64,000 bases of DNA from Prasinococcaceae sp. CCMP 1430 (taxonomy: Eukaryota; Plantae; Prasinodermophyta): contig RQSC01000024.1 in NCBI GenBank assembly GCA_013416795.1, positions 40,838 through 104,837 of the forward strand, written 5' to 3'. Numbering within the stretch: position 1 is the first letter of the stretch; every line of letters begins with the position of its first letter. The position numbers and the translations under genes were made by a program. Positions 49,101-61,717 of the stretch are shown piece after piece. The notes under the pieces are model-generated. The model was not told the DNA's origin. It saw nothing but the letters and a program-made list of their open reading frames with translations, and ran no database searches.

Positions 49101-52100
49101 GATGCGACTCGCACCTCGAGCTGGCGCTCGGCGGGCGCCACGGTGGCGTCCCACTGCAGCGAGCGAGCGCTGTGGGGCGCCAGTTGAACTGGCTTGACGT
49201 TGCCCATCCCGCGCGGTCGGACTTCGAGCGTCACCCCTCCTACCGCGTTGCGTACGACCGTCCCACTCGCCACTGTCACCAGCAGCGCCCCGCCTGGCCC
49301 GGGCGAAAGAGAGAGTGCGAAAGTGTGTGCTATCATCCGCCACGGGTGCCTGGCCGCGGAGGGCTTCTCGAGTGTGTTGAATACGCGCGATGGGCCCTCC
49401 TCTCCTCCGATTCCGCCGGCGTCGTTGCTGGCCGCGCTTGTTGCATCGGCGTCGGCGAGGTCTCGAGGGTACAGTGGCTGCCATGCTGACCACTCGTGCA
49501 TGCCTCCGTCGCCTCGTACCGCGAGCGCGGCAAAGCGCATCGCGCGCGCATCCGACGATGTGCCGCCCACCGCCGAAGCGGAGAAGGCCAAGGATACAGG
49601 TGCGCTGCCGCCGGGAGGGAGGGGCGCTTGCATGCCTGCCACAGGTGTGGGACGCCCCGCGCCCACCAGGATGTCTTCTTCCGTGGTGTAGGGAGCCAGG
49701 GCGACCCAGAGGGACACGCCGGTCGCATTGCGAATCCACGCGGATGCTGCAAGCGACACACCGTTTTCACCCTGCAGCACCCCCCCGCTGTCGCCTGGCG
49801 CAACTGTGGGCCCGCTGAGCAGCCGCAGGGTGAGGTTCTTGGGCGCGAGGGCAGGTGCCTCCATCCCTAGTCCCTGGGTGACACCTGTCGCGAGCTTGCC
49901 AATGGCCGTGCCAGCCTTGCCAACCATCCCACTCACGATTTCCCTGCTGCCGCTTGCCAATGCGTCTCTGGTGCGGCCGCGCGAGTCGGTGCGCGCTCCC
50001 TGCGCGCGCGCGTCTGCATGCGCTGCGCGCGTCTCGAACACGGTGATATGGGCGGCCGGACGCCTCGTCCCTCGCCGCAGCCTCAGGAGCGATGGGCGAA
50101 CGATTACCGCCTGTGAAGGCTCGAATCCTGCCAGGGTGACTGACAGGTACGTGTCCGATTGCGCCGGTGTGGAGTGGCTGTGGTGCACCTCCCCAGCGCC
50201 CAATCGCCGCCTCTCCAGAACCACCCTGGCCCCCATGCCGCACCGGACCTCGATGTCCACAGCGCACGGGAGGAGGTTCTCGAGGCGCAGAGGCGCACAC
50301 AGTATCACTGTGGCGGGAGCACCGAGTGTGCGCGAGAGCGCGACGCCGTCACTTGGCGTTACGCCCCCGAAAGGAGGCCCGAGAGTGGCGCTGTCAGCCA
50401 CGATCGACTCGACATGCACCACGTCAGGATGGCTCTGCGCTGACTCTTCTTCGCGCTCGCTGCTTCCGCTCAAAGATGGGGCGGACGGCACTGCGCGATC
50501 CGCTCTTTCAGCAGCGTGCTCCTCTTGCGCGATGCGCCTACAATTGTGCATGTGGCGACTGGGTGGCATGGACTCGTTGCTCACGTATCGACGGAAATCC
50601 TGCAGTCGAAGGAACTCCTGGCCTGCAGCTGCAAAATTCGTCCTCAGCCACAAGAGCAACTTGATGAGCTCCTTTGCCAGAGACCTGTCCATGACGAAGC
50701 GAAGACCCGGATGGTCCCTGGTAGCGCCGTCCATGCCAAGCACGAGGACGTGCACCTTGGGTTCGGGCGTGAGCACGGTGCGCGCGGCCTTCGCGGGGAT
50801 TTTGAGAGGCGCTTTCACAAACGTTTTCGCGCGTTCGCTTGCGAGTCTTGAGCTGTGAGTGTACCCGACGAAGTCGCTCAGGGTGGAGAAGTCTTCGGGC
50901 GCATCCTCGAGCTGGGTGTCACTCACATCCCGCAGATCGACCCTGGTGACCGCGCTGTGGGCGCTCAAACGGACGCGGCGGGAATGCGTGTCGACACATG
51001 ACGTCAGATGTCTGCATCATCGCGGTGAACGCTATCAGAAGTCAAAATCAAAACGCGCAGCGCACCTTGCAGCAGAGGATGACGGCAGCGCCGGTGTGAA
51101 TGCGTCGCTGGGAGCGAAGTAGAAAGCTTTGTTGGTCACCACATAGTAGCCCGCAGTGTGGGGACACATTTGTGCGACCTGCGGGCTGCGCTTGCCCGTG
51201 CCTCTGTGTATGGTCTCGCTGACCCTCCGACGCAGCCTCGTGGACAGGCCGGCGGGCGTGGCGGCCAGGCCGCCTGACGCAGGATGCGAGCTTGCACGCC
51301 TAATTGGGGGTTCAAGCGCACTTGATTGTTTGACGCCGCTTGGGCCTGGCATGGCGTGCTGCTTGGCGTGCAGCAACTTGAGTCGATGGTGCTCCAACAG
51401 TCCCTTGTGCTGATGACTCGGTGCTGCCGCCACGCCGATGGCCAGCACGCGTTCGTCGTCCGCGAGATTACAGACGCGCCTTGCGTCCTCCAGGGTCACA
51501 TCTACACCGACGGCCTCCGCGCATAGCGTCTCTTCTCGAGCAGTGTCGAGCCCGATCTCCGCGCTGGACAAGCCCGAGTCGTTCAGTGCGTAGGCATGGC
51601 CGGGTGCGAGATGAATGCGCATACCCTCTATCAGATGAGGCGGTACGGCCGTCGCTTCGCCCGGCCGGAGAACGCCCAGATCAACGAGGCTGCGCGTCTC
51701 GTCAGGCGGCGAAGTCCGGGAGTCTGCTGCAGACAATGCTGTCCACACGTCCTCCTCCTCGTCGGAGGCGCGCTGTCTGCAGGCTTCCAAGGCAGCCAGG
51801 GCGTCGTCGCGCACCGATCCCGATCTGAAATTTCGCAGCCTGAGGACCGCCTGGTCGAAGCACTCGATGACGAGCGCCTTCGGCCCGAGGAAAGACCCTC
51901 CTCTGCTGGAAACCTCTGACACAGACTGTGCAGGGATCACCCTCGGCTTAAAGCCCGGCAGGTACGATGAGAAGCACACGAAGGTGCGCGTGATGTGCAG
52001 CAGGCCCTGCGCGAGGCTCAGGCGGCCCAGATCCTCCCCGCAGCTGAACCAATCTACAAGTGCTTCGTCCTTTGGTAAGCCGTGCCCGTGATATGCAGAG

Positions 52101-55100
52101 AGTGATGCCTTGTCCGCCTTGTTAGCCCCCTTGTTGCCAGCCAGCGTCCGTTGACTCTGCAGCCGCTCGCTCGGCTGCCGAATGTCGTGGCTGCTTTCAC
52201 GCGCGCTACTCTCTGCCGTCGTTGCCCCGAGGTTCGTGGAAGTGCGCCGAAGCAGGACAGCTCTCCGCGCGTCGGAAGCGCTCGCTTTCGTGCCTTCCTC
52301 GACGCGCTCCACGAAAATGCGGCAAGGGTAAGCACATGTGTTGACGACACAAAGCCTGGAGAGCACTGACACGACCAAGTGATCGCTTCTCACGCGCGCA
52401 GACACCGTGAGCTCGCCTGTGCCCCGGCGCCCCGTGGCCGGCAGCAGTCTGACCATGGTACTGCCTGTCACCTTGCACAGGATCCGTTTGCACTCCTTGA
52501 AGCCGACCGCCTCGATGTCTAGGGCTCTGGTGCTCGCGGCATTCAGGGTGTCATTCCGCGAATACGACGCGCCAAAACCTGCCTTGAGGAGGGCTGCGTG
52601 GGGTACATTGCCAGACTCGAGAGGTTGAATCAACACAGCGGATCCAGCGGCCGCGCCCGACGCTTTCACGCGAATGGGAACGCCGGCGTAATTCTGCACG
52701 ACTGTGGTGCAAAACAGCGAGGCTGCGAGCGCACGCGTTTTGGCCCGCTCCTCTTGTTCCGTGGCGGGAAGCGAGGAGGCCTCGCGCCGCGCCCTGTACT
52801 CCGTCGTCCAACTATTCAGCGCGCGCGTGATCGCGCTGAGCGCTGGCTGGTACAAATTCACGTCGAGCACCCCCGCGGACACCGAGAGGCTTGTTGACAG
52901 GGTTTCGCCAGCAAGATCGCGCGCAGAATCGGCGCGCCCTGGAGGTTCTTCCCCCGGGACTGACGGCACGCTTGTCCACTCGCCGCCATCTGGTACACCG
53001 GCTAGGTGTCTCCTAGACTGCACTCCAGCTTGCTCAGCCGAGCCAGAGTACGTCCGTTGCCCAGATAGCGTGAGGGTCACCGGTTCCAGAATAGGCTCCC
53101 AGAGCGCTTGCGCGCTATTGAGCATCCAAATTGACAGCACGCCGGTAGTTGCGCCAACGGTACTCACCGTACCTACCCTCGTCCCTCGGACCAGGGGCTC
53201 AGCGCTGGGCGCGCCCTTCTGCCCGACGACCTCCGTCTCATAGGCCAGACCCAGCAGAGGCACGGCCCGTCCACGCGAGTCGTCCACGACAACAATCTTG
53301 ATTCCTGGTGTGTTCACCGCAACCTCTGTGCGGCTCGCCAGGTCAATAGCACGTTTGGGAAGCGCGCGCTCCTCGATGACGTCGGCGTCATCGCTGCCAA
53401 TGAGCACTTCTCGTTTTGCTTTTGACTCTTGAATACTTTGGATGATCTGTGCCTCGGTTGCCTTTGTGGCTGCTTCGGCCGCCTCAATGCTAGCGAGCAT
53501 TCCAGCGAAACTGATGGACACGTACAGGGGCTGCAGTTCAACCTTGCAGGTGACCCGTCTCGTTGCCTCGTCGATCGAAACACGAACGCCGGCGCCTGTC
53601 GGCTGGAGGATGGTGATATCGTTGATGGCGTCATGCTCCGATGGACGAACGAAAACCTCAAAGTCGACTGCTTCAAAGTTGACCGAGCTGATGCCTCCTC
53701 CAGTGTTGTAGTTCAAGGCCAGCGCCGCCCTTGAGCAAAGTGCGGCGCCCGTTGCCACATCCTCGACAAAAAGCGTCAGGCCTGATACTGTGACGCTGAT
53801 GTTCGTTGTGAACGACAGACTCGGCGTGCGCACACGCGTCGGCGGCTTGCTCCATTGGCTGAGAGCGAGCACGACCATGGGATCCAGCCGGAACAGCACA
53901 GGTGCGACAATCATCTGCATCCTGGAGCGTTCGGAGTCCGACTCGTACAGCAAGAACATCGCCCTATCGCCTTGAGAGTCATTGGGACCAGCTGCAAACG
54001 CACTGGGGCACTCGATCATCGGCACACGCGCACCGCTGACGTCGCGAGCGTCGACGCGCCGACCGCTGGCTCGGCCAAGTCCGACGAGGACGGTATGCTC
54101 GATGTCGCTATGTCCAACGTGCACGTCGAGACCGACGCCTGCAAGATCGCAAAGGGCTACGTCCTTGTGCCGCAGGATCGCGGACAGCCTGCCAATGCGG
54201 ACATTCACGTGGTAGTCCAGCTCCCCCGACACGGAATCTGCTTCAGCGGAGGCCCCCGTGCTGGCTTTTCTGGTGGAAGGGCGCTGCACCACTGCAGCAG
54301 GAGAGTGCGCGGACGGCTCGTCCTCAACGGTACCGGCCCCAGACTCGCCTCCCTCGAGCAGGTCAGCCCAGACCGACGACGGTTCGGTAAAATTGAGCTG
54401 CGACACTATCAACACGGTGTCAAAGCACTCGTCATTGGCCTCCAGGCTGAGTCGCTCGCTCACAACCTCCACCTCAATCGCTGCCGGCGCCATATTGACG
54501 CCGACGGGTGTCGCGGCTGCCCTGCGCGAGGCCATCGCACTGTAATTGACTCCCACGCACCCGGCAATGTCGACATCGTCCAGCATTGGAATGCCGCTTC
54601 GAGGATGCCACCACTGCTCGTCCGCGTCCAGCACGTCCAGCGCGCTCAGGCGCAGGCCTGCGATGTCAATGCTGATTTGTATGCCACCGCGCTCATCTGG
54701 CTCGCTCACCACTACAACGTGAGACGCGCGACCTGTGAGCGCCCGTCCTGACTCAGTGTTCTGAGGCAACGCGATGAGGGGATCGTTGACGCGCACCGAC
54801 ACGCGGGATTTGAACTCGTCCTGGGCTGCCACCGTTTTGGCAGCCTCGGCGGCCGCCTCCGCTACAGCGTCCACAGTTGGTTTCAGGAAGGTCCAGAAGG
54901 CCGGGTCCAAGAAGAATGCGGTAACATCGAGGATGAAGCGGTTGAGATACACAACGCGAACGCCGTGAATGACCATTTCGACCAAGCAGTCCATGTTTGT
55001 GTTGGATCTCGCCTTGGCGCGCTCATCGCCGAGCAGGGTCATTTCGAAAGTCGCTAGGACGCCATCGTCTGCCTCGCCGATCGGCGACAAAAGGGTGCGC

Positions 55101-58100
55101 CACACTTCGGCGCGTCGGTCACCGTCGATCACCACGAGATTGTTGGCGCGCACCCAGAGCTTCGTGTCGCCCTCCCGCTTCTCAGCACTCGCACTCACGC
55201 CGCTGAGATCAAAGACGCCCATCGCGGGCCCGGTGCCGGCGCGAAGCGCCAGAATGACCGCACCACATTCAAAATGGACTCTCCACGACGCAAGGGCAGT
55301 CGGCATGCTTGCGCTGCGGTCATCGCCAGCTTCAACGTAGACTCGAGTGTCGCCTCCACCGCCATCGCCGGGGCGTGGTCGCTTAGCCCCATCATCTATG
55401 GCAACAGTGCTCGCCTCAGAGAAGTTGGCCTCCATCGAAGGAACGCGCGAGCTCGCGATGGCACTTGCCCCGCCCGTGGATTCCATGGCTGCCTCCGTGG
55501 CGTGTGTGACGGCTCGCGCCACGGCGCCAATCGTCGCCATGCATGCGTGCACCTCGACGCACTCCATCAGCACCTCGACCTTCGCGTCCGCTCCTATTTC
55601 CGCACGCGCGCGCGCGTCATTTCCCAGCGCAAATGACACTGACACCAACGCGGACTCGTCCGTGCGTAGCTTGGATTCAATCAGCGCTCTGCTGCATTCA
55701 TTTGCCGGCTGCTTGCCTGCCGCAATACACCGTGTCACATCCTCCGTAGTCCAGCTGGCAGCCAGCAGGTCAGCCAAGCGTACGCTTGCAATCGAAGCTC
55801 CCACGCGCGTCTCTGCGTTGCTGTGGACCACCTCGAGGTCGCCTGCCCCGACCAGTAGCGCCACATACGGGGTGCTCACGTCCGCGTGCGCGCCCGACAA
55901 CAGCACCCCCAGCCCCTCCATTCGAAGTGACAGCAGAAACGCAGGTCTGCGCCGCACAATTTCGCCCTCATAGTCGTCTTCTTCTTGGTGGGCATCCGTG
56001 GTCGAGCCCACGCTGGCCGCACGGCATTCGGCATCGTAAAAGTCGCTCGAGGACTCGGTAGAGTCACCGGCAGGCACGAGGAGTCCGAGCGCGGTCTCAG
56101 CAAGCTCAACATCCGTAGCGGAGAGCTCTGCAGCGCGCGCGAATTCCGAGGGGCCGCTGTACCGGGTGCGACCACCGGTGGCCTTGGCGCCGGTTGCCAC
56201 CTGCACTGCCGACGTGTTGCCTGTCCAGGCCGCATCCTGTTCGACTGCGCTCCCGAACGAGAGCGAGGCAACGGCCCCATCTACTGTCTTTATAGCCTTG
56301 ATCAAGTTGCCCTCGCCCAAGCTCAGCTTGAGCTCGCCGAGCGTGCCGCTCACTCGATACCGCGCGGCAGAGATAGCGGCGTCTTGAAGCACGTGCTTCT
56401 CGAGGGTGAGCGTGAGGTTCGATGGGCGCAGTATGTGGTGCTGCACCGTCTCAAACATGCGAGCAATGTCTGCTGAAGTGATGCGTCCTGCGTCCTCTAC
56501 CACGTCAGCCGACGTGCACATGGCCAGCTGGGCTGACTGCACGCTGAGGGTGACACTGTCATACACCTCGATGTCACCACTGTCGAGCGGGGACGTCTCC
56601 TCGGTCACCATGGACGAGACCGCGGAGATCGTTCCGAGCTCCATTGCGACGAAGGGTGTCGTCGCGTCGGTGGCGTCGCGCGGCACGACGAGCAGAGGCG
56701 AGGCCAGTCTCAGGCTGAGCTGAATCTGCATGCGGCTATTCAGCGCATCAACCAGCTGCGCTGCGGTGCGCCGCTCGATGCTCGCAGCTCGCTGCGCAGC
56801 TGCACGACCTGCCGACGCGAGCACGCTGCTCTCCGCTTCGCTGAGGGGGGGGCTGAACGCTTGCGCCAACGTGGAGATCATGGCGCCTGACCATATGAAT
56901 GCGACAGCCGGCACGAAAGCGTCGATGGCAACGTCCGGCTTGCTCTCGCGCGTGTCGGTGGTCACGGCAAGCACAAACTCCTGCTCGACGTGATCCTCCG
57001 TCTCGATGTGGCTACAAACTCGTGGAAACGCCGAATGAGGGGTGATGCAGTCGACGACGCCAAAAATGCCAGAACGCAGCGTAAACAAAGTGCGGGGGCC
57101 TTGTAGCTCAAGGCACGAAGTCACGTCAGCAATGTGCACGTCCATGATTGCGTTGCCCTGGGCACCAGCCTTGTGGAGGACCAACATTTGCGCACCGCCA
57201 ATGGTCGCACGGAATCTTAAGGTCGTGCCCGTGGCCGCATCCCCGCTGGGCGGCTCATCTGAGTCTGAGGCACTCAGCTCGAGCGCATCGACAACGTCGA
57301 GAAGCTCCTCACGCACTTGCTGCGCTTCCGTCTTCTTGTCGGCCACGGCTCCTTGAGCAGGCTGGCCTGTGAGCCAACCGAACCACGTCCGCCGCTGAGG
57401 CTGCTGCCCACCTGCTGCGGCGTCTTGCTGTGCACCCTCGCCCTCTTCTGTCGGAGCCGCAGCGAGCGAACGAGTCCCCGCGGAGTCGTCCGCCCCTGGT
57501 TGCGCCTGTCGCTCGCGAACTGCTTTGATCGCCCGGCTGCGATACAGAATTATGTCCGAAACGCTCAGTTCGCTCTCGAGCTCCACGAGTATGGCCGAAT
57601 CATCGAGCTCCAGCTCGCCATCGAGCACGCGCAGGTACTCTTCGATGTACCTGAGACGAGTTTCGCGCCGTTTCATGAGCGCCTCGAAGGACCATCGACG
57701 AGTCTCCTGCTGAACGCGGCGACGCGCACACGCGCAAGCAAACTTCCATCGGGCGCGTGAACTTGCCACGTGCCACGTGTTCGTGTCAGGAAGGTTGGAG
57801 CCCATCCGGCGAACCTTGGCTGCAGCGGCGGGACCGAGAAGCGCCTCGCGCAGGTCGTCGTACTGCGCAGCGCTCGCACGCTGAGACGCTGTGGCCACGA
57901 GGCGAAGCGCCGCATGGTGCTGATCTGCGCCCAGCCTCAGTGTCAACGCGGGCAGCTCGCACTTGAGGTCGGCGTTAGGCATGCTCCCCGCAGCAGCCGC
58001 GCGCGAGAGCGCGCCCAACGGTGGCATCGACGCGCGCATCTCCGCGCTCAGGTCACGCACGAGCGCGCCTTGCTCGCACTCGCTCGCCCAGTCGCCCATG

Positions 58101-58858
58101 ATTGCCTCCCACTGCTCGTCCGACAGCTGGTCCCACCGCAGCGCCGCAGGAGCGCGCGGAAGCAAGAACACGGACAGGTTGTCCAGAGCTACCAGCTTGT
58201 AGATGGGCGCCTTGAGGTCGCGGTCAAATATCATCTCACTGAAGGTGCCGTCAACGGTATGGAAGCGCATGCCATCCATGGCCGCGCCAAGACGCACGCC
58301 AAGGGTTTCGTCCGTGTATGCGACGTGCACCTTGCCAATCGAAACGACGAGGTTGCGTAGGATGAGAGGCCCGAGCCTGCTGAAGAGCCCGCCCTTCTTG
58401 CTGCCACCATCCTCGTCGTGGTCCGAATGCGCCCTCCCCTCGCCGTCGCCGTCGGGCGAGGACGCGCGCGCGTGCTCCTGGAGCCACGCCCTGTGGCGCT
58501 CCCGCAGCGTGTCGAAGTGAGCCTCCACCGCAGCGCGCTTCGCCGCGAGCAGCGCGTGCGGGTCGTAGTCCCTGCCCTCGCTGGGGCGCATGAGCACGTA
58601 CAGCGAGTCAATCACGACCTCGACGGGCTGCCGGCCGAGCGCGCGCCAGGGCACCTTGAGGCGCAGCTCGCCCAGCGTGCCATGCACAACAGCGACACCA
58701 GGCAGCGCTCCCTCAGGCACGGCGCCCTTCTTGAGCCTCAGCCCCTTCAAGCGCACGTCTCCGCGCCAGACACCCAGCTCGACGGCCTTCCTGTCGAGGC
58801 CATCGACGAACGGCAGCGAGCGGCTCAAAAAGTTCGCGAGCGCCTGCTCCAGCACCAT
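46178..58858 (-). CDS. VPS13: VPS13 lipid-transfer protein, complement(join(46178..46646,46796..48603,48740..51011,51066..58858)), ~4113 aa
   Basis: Chorein-N start MVLEQALANFL...VELGVWRGDVRLKGLRLK; EPILEP; VAB-like LENLLPC and LPYAVQNR; QLDNQL; C-terminal RTRLPR...GAQAAL...RYVDH. Three GT-AG introns join four ORFs; total 12342 nt is divisible by 3. Confidence 0.9.
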
Positions 58859-58905
58859 CCCGACGGCGCCGCGCGCCGCGCGCCGGCGGCCCGCTGGCGC
58901 GCGGC

Positions 58906-58950
58906 NNNNNNNNNNNNNNNNNNNNNNNNNNNNNNNNNNNNNNNNNNNNN
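58906..58950. other. Assembly gap (45 N)
   Basis: N run just upstream of the VPS13 start. Confidence 0.99.
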
Positions 58951-59084
58951 GCGGCTCGCGCGGCGCGGCGCGGCGCGGGGCGGCGGGACGCGGGCGAGAC
59001 AGCCGGCATGGGCATGTTCGACCGCGCAAAGATCATGAAGCAGGCGTCGGACGCCGCGTCCAAGGTGCGCGCGGCGCGGCTGCG

Positions 59085-60270
59085 CATGGGTCGCTCGTGT
59101 GGCCGCCCGCATGGCACGACGCGGGCGGGGCTGTCGGGATGGCGGGCGGGGCCCAGTGCATCGCCGGGTGCTCTGGTGACCCCGAGCTTCCGGTACGTGG
59201 GTGCTCTTGCATGTACTTCAACAACGACACGCACATTGAGACCGACACGCTCCCCCTCTCGGCGCGCACGTACTTCGGGACCGTGTTTGGCTCGGTGGAT
59301 GTGTTCGGCCACAACCCCTGGCGCAGCCCGGGCAGCGCGCCGCTCGCGTCACCTTGCGGCGTCGGGGGTGGCAACCCGAGAGGCTGCGGCGGCGCCACCG
59401 TCTGCCCCGGCGGCGGGTACGCGTACGGCACCGACGCGCGTTTGATGGACTTCCCGAACGCAGTCACGTCGAAATGGGTGGCCGGCACCGTAGTGGAGGC
59501 CGCGTGGGGCATCGTCGCGAACCACGGCGGTGGCTACAGCTATCGCCTCTGCAAGGTGCCAGAGGATCAAGGGCACGCTGGCCTCACCGAGGAGTGCTTT
59601 GCGGCCAACGTGCTCGAGTTCGCGGAAGACAAGTCGTACATCCAGTGGGGGCGCGACCCCGCGTCGCGCAAGGCGATCGACGCCTCGCGTATCAGCACGG
59701 GCACATACCCGGAGGGCTCGACGTGGGCTAAGAATCCCGTCCCTGCGTGCGTTGGACTCGGCGGTGGCTATGACGCGACGGAGCCACTTTGCGAAGAAGA
59801 CGGGGGTCACACTCAGTTCGATCCGCCGCTTCCAGGCGTGCTCGGCTTCGGCCAGCACATCGACGAGGACGCGCCCGGTGGCTTCGCGCGCGACTTCGAG
59901 TGGTCACTGGTGGACAAATTGCGCGTGCCCGAGGGCCTCCCCCCCGGCCAGTACGCGCTCAGTTGGCGGTGGAACTGCGATCAGACCCCCCAAGGTATGC
60001 ACTCGTGCCCTGTCTTTCGCGCGCATTTGCACGCGATCGCGCGTGCGCGCGCCACGCCTGGACGCGGCGGGGTGCTGACGCGTTTGCCCGCCGACCTTGC
60101 GACTAGTGTGGGCCCAATGCGCCAACATCGAGGTCGTGCAAAGCGAGGAGATCGTGGTGTCACACGATGGCCCGGGCGCGCTCCTGACCGCTGCCGAGCG
60201 GGGCGAGGTGGCCCGCCAGGCGAAGCTGTCGCAACCGCGTGCTTCGTTGAGCGGCACGGCTGAGGCCTGA
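59085..60270 (+). CDS. Lytic polysaccharide monooxygenase-like protein, join(59085..59994,60107..60270) from putative His1; signal-peptide exon missing
   Basis: AAA|HGSLVWPP, NPWRSPG, CG, ANHGGGYSYRLC and, after splicing, YALSWRWNCDQTPQVWAQCANIEV. Intron GTATGC...CTAG with CTGAC branch. Confidence 0.78.
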
Positions 60271-60363
60271 GCTCGCACCCAACACGAACGCAGGCCGCGA
60301 AGGGACGAGAAGAGCGCACTCATTAGCACGAGCAGACAGCACGTGAGAGCTCTAAGCACCTTT

Positions 60364-60368
60364 TTACA
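60364..60368 (-). terminator. TGTAA candidate polyadenylation signal (cyclophilin)
   Basis: TTACA on the plus strand, about 45 nt beyond the cyclophilin stop. Confidence 0.5.
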
Positions 60369-60410
60369 TCAGACGCGGTTCCATCGCCCTGCGAAATGCA
60401 GCCTCTCCAC

Positions 60411-61300
60411 TCAAGCACTCGCGTCGAGAACGCCGCAGGAGGCAATGCGCACGGCCGCGTTCGGCCTGTCACCTGCGCTCGTGGGCGTGTCCTCGACCTT
60501 GCGCACCACGTCCATTCCCTCAACGACCCTGCCAAAAACGACGTGCTTGCCGTCCAGCCACGGGGTGGGCCCAACGGTGATGAAAAACTGCGACCCGTTG
60601 GTGTCGGGCCCCGCATTGGCCATCGACAGAGCGCCTGCCTCCCCGTGAGGCACTGCGAAGCTCTCATCAGCGAAGCGCCCGCCGTAGATCGACTTCCCAC
60701 CCGTGCCATTGCCGCGCTCGAAGTCGCCGCCCTGGAGGACGAAGCCCTTGATCACTCTATGGCGTCCGCGCTCGGCGTTCGTTAGCATCGCCAGCGCTGG
60801 CGGCGCACGCGACCCTCGCGCGCGTTCGCCCCGTCATTCGCTGGGCAGCGGCGTGCGACGCAGCGCGGCGCGGCGGCGAGCGTCGCACCTGTGCAGGATG
60901 CTTCCCGAGTACCCGAAGCCCTGCTCACCCGTCGCGAGCTGCTTGAAGTTTTCAACCGTGAGGGGCACGTCTTCGCCGTACAGCCCCACGACGACGCGCC
61001 CAAGCGCTCCGACGCCATCCTGCTCGAGGTCGATGTACACCTTGTCCGTCACGGCCAAGCTCACCGGCGAGCCCGGCGGAGGCGGCGCAGCGCGCGGCTC
61101 GCCTGCCGCGCCGATGTTCGGGTTGAACGCGTCGAAGAGCCCCGCGTGCGCGGGCGGCGCGTCCGCTGCGATCGACAGCAGCGGCGCCGCCGCGGCGATC
61201 GCCGCCGCGGAGCCGCCGGCGCCGCGCCGCGAGCCGTCGCCATCGACGGCGCCATCGCCACGCCTCTCACCCCGCCCCGCGTTGCAAGCCCACGCCTCAC
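60411..61300 (-). CDS. Cyclophilin-type PPIase, probably plastid/thylakoid (CYP20-like); intron 60757..60888; start uncertain
   Basis: [39 protein letters not shown]; spliced HR|[12 protein letters not shown]; [18 protein letters not shown]; [12 protein letters not shown]. Ala-rich hydrophobic leader ending PAHA. Confidence 0.92.
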
Positions 61301-61514
61301 CCGCGTGCGCGCTGTGGCAGGGCGTGCGAGCCCAGCCCGACGAGTCGAGGTCGAGCCCCTCTAACTGGATAAGGCCACGTGCGACGTCATCTGTCCGACC
61401 CCCAGGCCGGACTCGTACGTACAGTACCATGAGACAGATGATGTGTCTCAGCCCCGAACCGCGGGGTACGAATTCGCACGCGAACGATCGTTCCATTTCT
61501 TTTTTTTTTGCTGA

Positions 61515-61535
61515 TTTAGGGTAATTGTTAGGGTT
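61515..61535. promoter_or_regulatory. Two telo-box-like motifs (TTTAGGGT, TTAGGGTT) in a divergent promoter
   Basis: gatttagggtaattgttagggttaa next to a poly-T tract, between the cyclophilin and the hypothetical gene. Confidence 0.4.
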
Positions 61536-61717
61536 AATGGTGATATGGATTTCTCATGAAAATGCGCGCGCGGTAGCCGCACTGGCGCGCGGGCGGGCCA
61601 CAGCGCGCGCGCGCGCGCGCGACGCCCGGAGCGAGCGAAGCTTCCGACGCCTACTCGGCGCTGGCGACGGCCGCCGGCGCGCTGCCGGGATCGGCCAAGG
61701 GCGCCTTCGCCGCGCGC

